Of a DNA stretch of 5,630 bases, positions 1 to 5,630 are shown one piece after another. A program made the translations under genes and the position numbers. Each line of letters opens with the position of its first letter. Position 1 is the stretch's first letter. A model generated the notes under the pieces. That model was not told the origin of the DNA and did no database searches. It was given only the letters and a program-made list of their open reading frames with translations. Source of the stretch: Amoeboradix gromovi X-113 (taxonomy: Eukaryota; Fungi; Sanchytriomycota); assembly GCA_018985225.1 (NCBI GenBank), contig JADGIF010000640.1, positions 1-5,630 on the forward strand, given 5' to 3'.

Positions 1-1094
1 CATGACTTTTCCAGATGTTTCCCATAGCTTAAACACTCGATATTCTTCCTTTTCGCAAATGATATATAGAATCAATGGATGTAATCCCAACTATGTCAAA
101 TCTAAAGAAATAACTGACAGGTACAGTATACATCAACGTTGAGGAACTGGTCCAATTATGAAGAAATTAGATGTCTTTCAACCCGTCCTCAAAAGAGATC
201 AACGATAAATAAACCTGTAAACCATTTATTAGTCATTCGTATGTCTTGCGTATGCAACAACGCGATATCTTGATACTTATCATGCACGTACAAGGTGCGA
301 TACTCTAAAAAATACCAATTTGGAGGGCTGCACTTGTACCGATTGTCATTCGGAGATAGAGACCGGATGGCAGTAAGGAACATACACAAATATACGCATC
401 CTTATTCAATCCCGCCACAGGGTAGTGAAAGCATGAACAACTACCGTAGCATATTTGCTAGCACTGCTAGTTTCTCTGTGGAAATTTTCAATCTTCTCGG
501 AAATCAGGACTTTTAACAAGGAGTTACCCAAACCCAAAAAAAATCATACCAATCTGATCAGAATATTGCACTAAAGCTAAAATCATCATTAGCGTCAGAA
601 AACTTAGCAAAAATGTATAGTTTAATTGAGAAATAGTTCCGGTATTGCCATCTGCCATACAGGAGACAAACTTTGTGGCCACACTGGATCCGAGCATAAC
701 TGTATACAAAATCCATCGTGATTCTTGCTAGATGTAGTGGAACAGTTTTAGTACTCTTCGTAATGTTGAATTGACCCGGTCGCAATGCCGTATTGGAAAT
801 TTTGTTGATCCAATTTGAAGTACGGTGATAGGCAAAATAGACTGTTAAACGATAAACATGCGTCATTATTGCTTGACAAGTTCTACATCTAATTTTGTTT
901 TTACTGCTTGTTTAAATTTTCTGGTATCAGTTTGAAAAATCTTAGCTCAGTTTCTCTGGATTGTAGGCAAATGTAATCGAAAAACAAAGCAAATGAAGCC
1001 TTCTCGAATACCCGATAGGCTTTTACTTTCTTTTACAAAAATGTATTTAAATGATTTTATGCTAATTTGTCCCCGAAACACTTCTCAATTAAAA

Positions 1095-1301
1095 ATGTCA
1101 GAAACAGTTTCCGAGTTGTTACAGCAACCTACACAATTTTACCAAGATTCAAAGCACTTATTAATGAGATGTAAGAAACCAAATAGAAGAGAGTTTATTA
1201 AGATCTCTCAAGCAGTTGGCATCGGTTTTGTAGTTATGGGATTAATCGGATATGTGGTAAAGTTGATCCATATTCCCATTAACAACATCATTGTAGGTTA
1301 A
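1095..1301 (+). CDS. SEC61G: Protein translocon subunit Sec61 gamma (Sss1/SecE family), 68 aa
   Basis: Translation from ATG 1095 (context AAAAATG) gives [68 protein letters not shown]. It has the family hallmarks RCxKPxRxEF, one transmembrane helix GFxxMGxIG and the near-invariant C-terminus [14 protein letters not shown], at the typical length. The 34 extra N-terminal codons of the ORF track (993-1094) do not resemble the family. Confidence 0.97.
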   Translation: MSETVSELLQQPTQFYQDSKHLLMRCKKPNRREFIKISQAVGIGFVVMGLIGYVVKLIHIPINNIIVG

Positions 1302-1310
1302 ATAAATAAA
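1301..1310 (+). terminator. Polyadenylation signals (two overlapping AATAAA) of Sec61 gamma
   Basis: AATAAATAAA begins on the last base of the TAA stop (1299-1301). Confidence 0.55.
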
Positions 1311-1313
1311 TCA

Positions 1314-1547
1314 TTATTTATTGATAGCGAACGCTTGTTTTACTATTTCAGCTACGTTTTTATCTTTCAGTTTAAACTCTTGTTCAATTCCTTTTTCATA
1401 TCTAGCGAATAATCTAGCTTCACACGCTTTGCCTTCTCTAACTAGCACACTTATGTTTTTCTTTTGCAATCCAATAAATTCTTTTTTCAAGTATTCAACA
1501 ACATGGGTATGAGTGGGATTGAAAAGAAAACGAAGTTCTCGCAACAT
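1314..1547 (-). CDS. NDUFA2: NADH:ubiquinone oxidoreductase accessory subunit B8 (NDUFA2-like; L51/S25/CI-B8 thioredoxin-like fold), 77 aa
   Basis: The ATG is at 1547-1545; the track start at 1550 is a TTG. LRELRFLF...LQKKNISVLVREG...RLFARYEKGIE matches from memory the NDUFA2 pattern L(R/K)E(L/I)R...(L/M)KKxNP..P(I/V)L(I/V)RE...P(R/K)(L/V)(W/F/Y)ARYxxGxE, with the fungal-type LRFLF. It ends in tandem stops TAA TGA. Confidence 0.85.
   Translation of the reverse strand: MLRELRFLFNPTHTHVVEYLKKEFIGLQKKNISVLVREGKACEARLFARYEKGIEQEFKLKDKNVAEIVKQAFAINK
1317..1322 (-). terminator. Polyadenylation signal AATAAA within the last two codons (Asn-Lys) of NDUFA2
   Basis: Minus strand reads ATC AAT AAA TAA TGA. 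Confidence 0.5.
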
Positions 1548-1572
1548 CAAAATCCCCTTATATTTTTATTTT
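1548..1572. promoter_or_regulatory. 25-nt spacer between divergent start codons; putative bidirectional core promoter/initiator region with a CCCC/GGGG tract
   Basis: CAAAATCCCCTTATATTTTTATTTT lies between the NDUFA2 ATG (1547, -) and the Abitram-like ATG (1573, +). CCCC is at 1554-1557, next to an AT-rich tract. Confidence 0.5.
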
Positions 1573-1938
1573 ATGAATCCATTCATTTCACAATACGCAC
1601 AGCGGTTTTCATTGTCTGCTAACAAACTAGTGCCTTTCGGAGATGGCCCGATTCATGTTCACGCATATCCAAATCATGTCTGCGCATTGTATTTAGACAA
1701 AGAATTGTGCGTTAGCTTTGCAACCGACATCAAGTTAAAAGAATTATTTCTTGTTAAATCTAAAAAGTTTAACATTAACGATTCCACTGTTCTTGGGAGT
1801 GTTAAATTGAAAGATGGTTCCGAAATTTGCATCAGTGCCTTCAAGGGTCAGCTTCTTGAACTACATGACAGAGAACCGATTGATGAATGGCAAGATTACT
1901 TTGCTTTGATTACTAGTAAACAAAAACTTTCTTTATGA
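1573..1938 (+). CDS. Abitram/Simiate (FAM206A)-like protein, glycine-cleavage-H-like fold, divergent, 121 aa
   Basis: The first ATG of the 1513-1938 ORF is at 1573; the track start is a GTG inside the NDUFA2 gene. Motif order resembles recalled FAM206A: FISQYAQRF ~ LVDRYFTRW, HVHAYPNHVCALYL ~ CILQHSNRICVITL, LGSVKLKDGSEICISAFKGQLLELH ~ [32 protein letters not shown] ~ GYIAVV. This was aligned by eye only. Confidence 0.65.
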   Translation: MNPFISQYAQRFSLSANKLVPFGDGPIHVHAYPNHVCALYLDKELCVSFATDIKLKELFLVKSKKFNINDSTVLGSVKLKDGSEICISAFKGQLLELHDREPIDEWQDYFALITSKQKLSL

Positions 1939-1944
1939 TATATT

Positions 1945-1950
1945 TTTATT
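1945..1950 (-). terminator. Polyadenylation signal AATAAA overlapping the predicted true kinesin stop codon
   Basis: Minus strand reads GTA CAA TAA AAATA, so the hexamer spans the Gln codon and the TAA at 1948-1946. Confidence 0.55.
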
Positions 1951-4950
1951 GTACATTGCAGTTTTCATTCAGTTCTGTAATAGTCTTGTTAGGATCTTCA
2001 ATTGATGTCTGTTTTTGCAAGAATTCTTGGGCATTTAGCGTCTTTTGTTTCTACATTATTGCTTAATTACTAGTTCCTTATACATGGTACCCACTGAATT
2101 TCTCTCATGTTCAATTTTCTTGTTTTTAGAATCCAACATTATGATTCGAGCTTGGGCCTCCTGCAATGTTTTCTCTAGCTTCGCAACCTTATTTTCGAGT
2201 TCAGATTCCTTATTGCTCTTTGAGATCTTCGCCGTCACCTTTTCTTTCAAATATTTTACGGTGTTTCTTTGCTTCTCTAAGTCTTTTGCAACTTCAGAAA
2301 TGCTCTGTAATAAATCGCTTTTCTCTTTCAGCAACACTTGATTTTCCTTTTCTAAGATATGATGCCCTTTCTCTTCCTCCTTGAATCTTTTCTTCCTCTC
2401 TATATAATCTTTCTTAATAACTCCCAAGATTTCCTTCATTTCGTTTCTTTCTCTTGCGTAACCTTCCTTCAGTAGTGTAAACAGGTTGACACAGTCATTT
2501 GTCCCACTGTTTGTTTGTTGTATATCCATTTTGTTCACTTGTAGTGGTTTGTAGTCCTTGGTAAAGTTGATTATGTTTTTATATTTACTCAAATTGCACT
2601 CATACACAACTTTATTACCCAGGATTGCCTTGATTGTGTTCAAGTTTTTTTTAATCAAGTTCATTCTCATTAAATCATTACCAAACTTCAATTTACTATT
2701 TTCAAGTGACTCTATGGTCTTCAAATATAATTCAAGTTTATTGTTTATTCTACCGTTGTTCTGCAATCCCCTTGCTAGCTCTGCATTCAGTTTGCTTGCC
2801 AGTTCATTTGCCTTGCAACTCAAACCGATGTCGAGCTTGAACCTTTCATCAGCAGTGGAGGCCAGTCGTATAGCTCTAAACGATTTTCTCACTAGCAATG
2901 ACTTTTTATACAAATATGTCCTTGACTCTCTGTATTCAGCTTGCACCAGGTCACAAGTTTGTAGCAGCTGCTTGTTGAGGTGCGTCTGGTGGTTAAGGCG
3001 TATTAGACTTGTTTCCACAGTTGAAACAAATTTGTCTTTAATGCTGCTAATTTTCATGTCATTTTTATATTCATTCTCATCAAGTACAAGCTTTGGTTTG
3101 CAAGGCTGCATAGCAGGTAAAACAAAACCTAATGATTTAATCAGTAGTAAGCAAGAGTATGTTGATTGAGATAGGAATTTCAAAGTGTTTACAGATACTT
3201 TTGGCGCAATTAATGCCCTGCAAGCATGTTTGTTGACAACTTTAGATGATTTGAGTAATTGTTTTAAATGCAAAATACTTGATAAATGTAAACTACAAGA
3301 CGGATACATTCGCCTAGTTGCATTATAAATAATTTTGTTAGCTTTTTCTAGTTTTGGTCCAGGAAGAGAATTGATCAATTTTGCAATTGAAAGAAACGAA
3401 AAAAAGTGACCGCGTTTATCGATTACTGGCATTTCGGAGTTGCAGAGTTTGAGAAGTGATTTCTTGCAACTGGGCTTCTTTAGCAAAGTGGCCGTATTTA
3501 ATAATAATCTATAAAACGTTGAGATTGCTGTTTTTACTGGGCTTATCTCTTTAGAGCTAAAAGATACAGGTTCTTTGTGGTGCAGTTCTGTTTTTGAGCT
3601 ATGGGACATAATGATACTGAGTAGCCCAATTTGTTTCCTCAAGATCGGAGATATAATTGGAGGTGGTTTATGTACTAATGATATAGGAGACTTCAATTTA
3701 GGTGCCCTTGCTAATTGTTGCAGCTTATGATAATTCTTTACGTGTTTATTCATTTTTGAATGATCTTTAGGAGATGCCACATCAGCGCAAGGATAATTAT
3801 ATTTCATTCTTTTATTAGCATTTGAATCGGTAGAATGTCTACGCTTATGTGGTATGTGTAGCTCTAATTCATATATGCGCTGTTTAAGCAATATTTGTTG
3901 TTGTTTGTACCATTCTATTTGATCCAAGAAATCAATGGAATCCTCTTTGTTTTCTAGCTGCTCTTGCAACTCATTAATCTTCAGTTTGTACTGATTAACC
4001 AATTGTTCTTCAGTGCAAGACTCGTTGACAAGTGGTTTATTTTCAACTCTCATAGTTTTTAATGCAAATTTAAGAGTGGAAATGCTTTCATCAATATGAT
4101 CGATGCTGGGAGAAATACAGCATATAGCTATGGTTCTGTTGTAACCGCCAAGTGAGTTTTGTAATATTCTTGTTAGCTTGGAGTCTCTAAAGGGCACATG
4201 AGCTTGTTTCTCACTCAGCTTCTGAATTACTGTGCCTAGCGCTAATAAAGATTTATTGATCATTTGGCCTTCTTTTAAACGTGCACCTTCGGCACTGGTA
4301 TGCTTAATACGCTCGCTACCAGCTAGGTCCACCAGAGTGAGCAAACCAAAAATAGTTTTATCTTCAGATTGTCTCTCAATATGAATTTGAAAAAGAGCAT
4401 GGGAGCGAGAAGAATGCTCATTAATATCAGTGTTACCATATTTCCTAGATTGCTCACCGGTTTTGAGATAATTCATAGCCTCCTCGAAGTTATCGACTTT
4501 GATCTGAAGAAGGTTAGAGATAGTTACACGCTTATTACTAGTTTGTAATTTAGGAACATTCTCCGGTTCAAGCAGATCTTTCAAAAGCTCATTATATACC
4601 TCTATATAACTAATTTTGATAGAAATTCCATTAATTTTAAATAATTGCTGTAAAGTCAAAGGTAGCAAACCGGGATCAGATCCAGTGCCTAACAAAGTGT
4701 ATGTTTTACCGCTAGAGGTTTGTCCGTAAGTAAAGCAAGTAGTGTTAATGCCTTGTAAAACAACCCTCATCAATTCCCAGCAGTGATTAAAAATATCGTT
4801 ATTTGACTCATTCTCGAATATTTTGTTGAAATAGAATGTACCTTTGTCGCACATTAGATGGTTCTCATTCTTTTTCCATATAGAATTACCGGGCTTTAAC
4901 CTTACCATGGTCGAGATGGTTTCTGAAGAAAACTCGCTGGCGCCAAGCAT
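1946..4950 (-). CDS. CENPE: Kinesin-7 / CENP-E-like N-terminal motor kinesin, predicted 994 aa; exons 4950-2071 and 2050-1946; C-terminal CaaX (CNVQ)
   Basis: The motor domain spans about 4925-4020 with VRLKP, P-loop GQTSSGKT (4725-4702), SYIEVYNE, switch I NEHSSRSH, switch II DLAGSE and HVPFRDSKLTRILQNSLGG. AEGARLKEGQMINKSLLALGTVIQKLSE is typical of kinesin-7. Coiled-coil-like segments follow the motor and fill the C-terminal third. The first in-frame ATG is 4950; the track start 4968 is a GTG and there is an in-frame TGA at 4992-4990. Kinesin identity is secure, while the subfamily and last exon are inferred. Confidence 0.88.
2051..2070 (-). other. Predicted 20-nt spliceosomal intron (phase 0) in the kinesin gene
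   Basis: Minus strand reads ...AAG GAA CTA | GTAATTAAGCAATAATGTAG | AAA CAA AAG... The segment has GTAATT and TAG ends, a branch-like TAAT close to the AG and contains the in-frame TAA that ends the track ORF. Removing it gives 34 more stop-free codons ending in a CaaX box. Confidence 0.82.
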
Positions 4951-5630
4951 ATTGTCACAAGGGAGCACTTCATATTTCGAGAAAACCCGTCAAAATCTGA
5001 TCCCTATTACCATAAATTTCTTAGAGGCGAAGGCAAAGATTCTTAAGTTGAACACAGAATTCAAAGATGGCAAATCCCGTCGCAATTTATTTACAATACC
5101 TTAAGTTCTGCGATTAAATGGCAGCTAAGACACGGAAGTTCGAACTACTTACAGTATTCACTGTCTAGTCTCCCTATTAGAAGGTTAACTCACATTCTAT
5201 TGATATCACCTTGAAAAGGAAGGCTTTTCCATTCTGGCTTTTTGAGTATTGTTGTATAACTAATAAATACATCATTAATGTTCAAACTAGCATGCTAATC
5301 ACTATCAATATTTCAGACTTATGATTCAGATTTTTGCAACCTCTTTCGCTTTCCATGCTCTTTAGTATCCACATCGTTCTTAAATTTACAAAACCTCGTG
5401 TACGTATGTTCGTCAGATAAAATGATTACTTGTTCCTGGCAAAATAATCTATTTGGAACCGGGTCACATCCTTTAGCATCACCGCTGGCGTGAAAGTGAA
5501 AAAGACAAAAAATAAACAACTCTCAATATCATAGGACTTCTTTTTATCGGTACTGGTATTTTGTCACCAATCAACACTTTGCAGATCTACGACTTGGAGC
5601 AATTTTATCGCATCAGAATATGCGAAATGA

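Noticed and set aside
466-479. U6 snRNA-like ACAGAGA-AACT-AGC on the minus strand
   Set aside because: The spacer is 4 nt rather than the conserved AGAUU, and the downstream U6 internal stem-loop consensus (UGGCCCCUGCGCAAGGAUGA) is absent.
189-866. Short ORFs 189-389, 295-516, 524-709 and 558-866 as genes
   Set aside because: They overlap one another, mostly start at non-ATG codons and show no recognisable homology, so they cannot be supported as CDS.
993-1094. N-terminal extension of Sec61 gamma in the ORF track
   Set aside because: Family similarity and canonical length begin at ATG 1095. The extension is AT-rich, promoter-like sequence.
1321-1512. 63-aa plus-strand ORF
   Set aside because: It is an antisense shadow of NDUFA2 with a TTG start.
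2056-2058. TAA taken as the kinesin stop codon
   Set aside because: It lies inside a plausible 20-nt intron. The spliced product has a CaaX end, a stop-linked AATAAA and a spacer typical of this locus.
2045-3169. Plus-strand ORFs 2045-2341, 2166-2384 and 2558-3169
   Set aside because: They are antisense shadows of the K/E/L-rich kinesin coiled coil, with F/L/S-rich translations, non-ATG starts in two of the three, and no family motifs.
4844-5104. 86-aa plus-strand ORF
   Set aside because: It has a TTG start, overlaps the kinesin 5' end in antisense and has no recognisable motif.
5118-5150. GTTCGAAC B-box/tRNA T-loop-like motif within the palindrome AGTTCGAACT (5137-5146)
   Set aside because: No T-stem, acceptor stem or cloverleaf can be formed, and there is no correctly spaced A-box.
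5319-5519. 66-aa minus-strand ORF
   Set aside because: It has a TTG start, no in-frame ATG and no recognisable domain.
5288-5625. Palindrome TAGCATGCTA (5288-5297) and hairpin TCGCAT/ATGCGA (5608-5625)
   Set aside because: They are short and isolated, as expected by chance in 5.6 kb.
1-5630. Alternative genetic code (stop reassignment), prokaryotic operon, CRISPR array or transposon
   Set aside because: The conserved genes are fully open in the standard code and end in TAA or TGA at the expected positions, although TAG usage cannot be tested here. The gene content is eukaryotic, and no repeat-spacer array, terminal repeats or transposase/reverse transcriptase motifs were seen.

Overview
This is AT-rich DNA from a highly compacted eukaryotic nuclear genome using the standard code. 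The sequences look fungal/holomycotan, and a mitochondrial complex I accessory subunit is retained. Four genes are packed into 1095-4950 with only 44 nt of intergenic DNA in total: Sec61 gamma (+), NDUFA2/CI-B8 (-), an Abitram/Simiate (FAM206A)-like protein (+) and a kinesin-7/CENP-E-like motor (-). The ORF track truncates the kinesin. Removing a 20-nt GT-AG intron (2051-2070) opens a final exon ending NENCNVQ*, a CaaX prenylation motif like that of animal CENP-E/CENP-F, with an AATAAA overlapping that stop. All four start codons have a CCC/GGG tract within about 25 nt upstream. The flanks (1-1040 and about 4990-5630) contain no recognisable gene.
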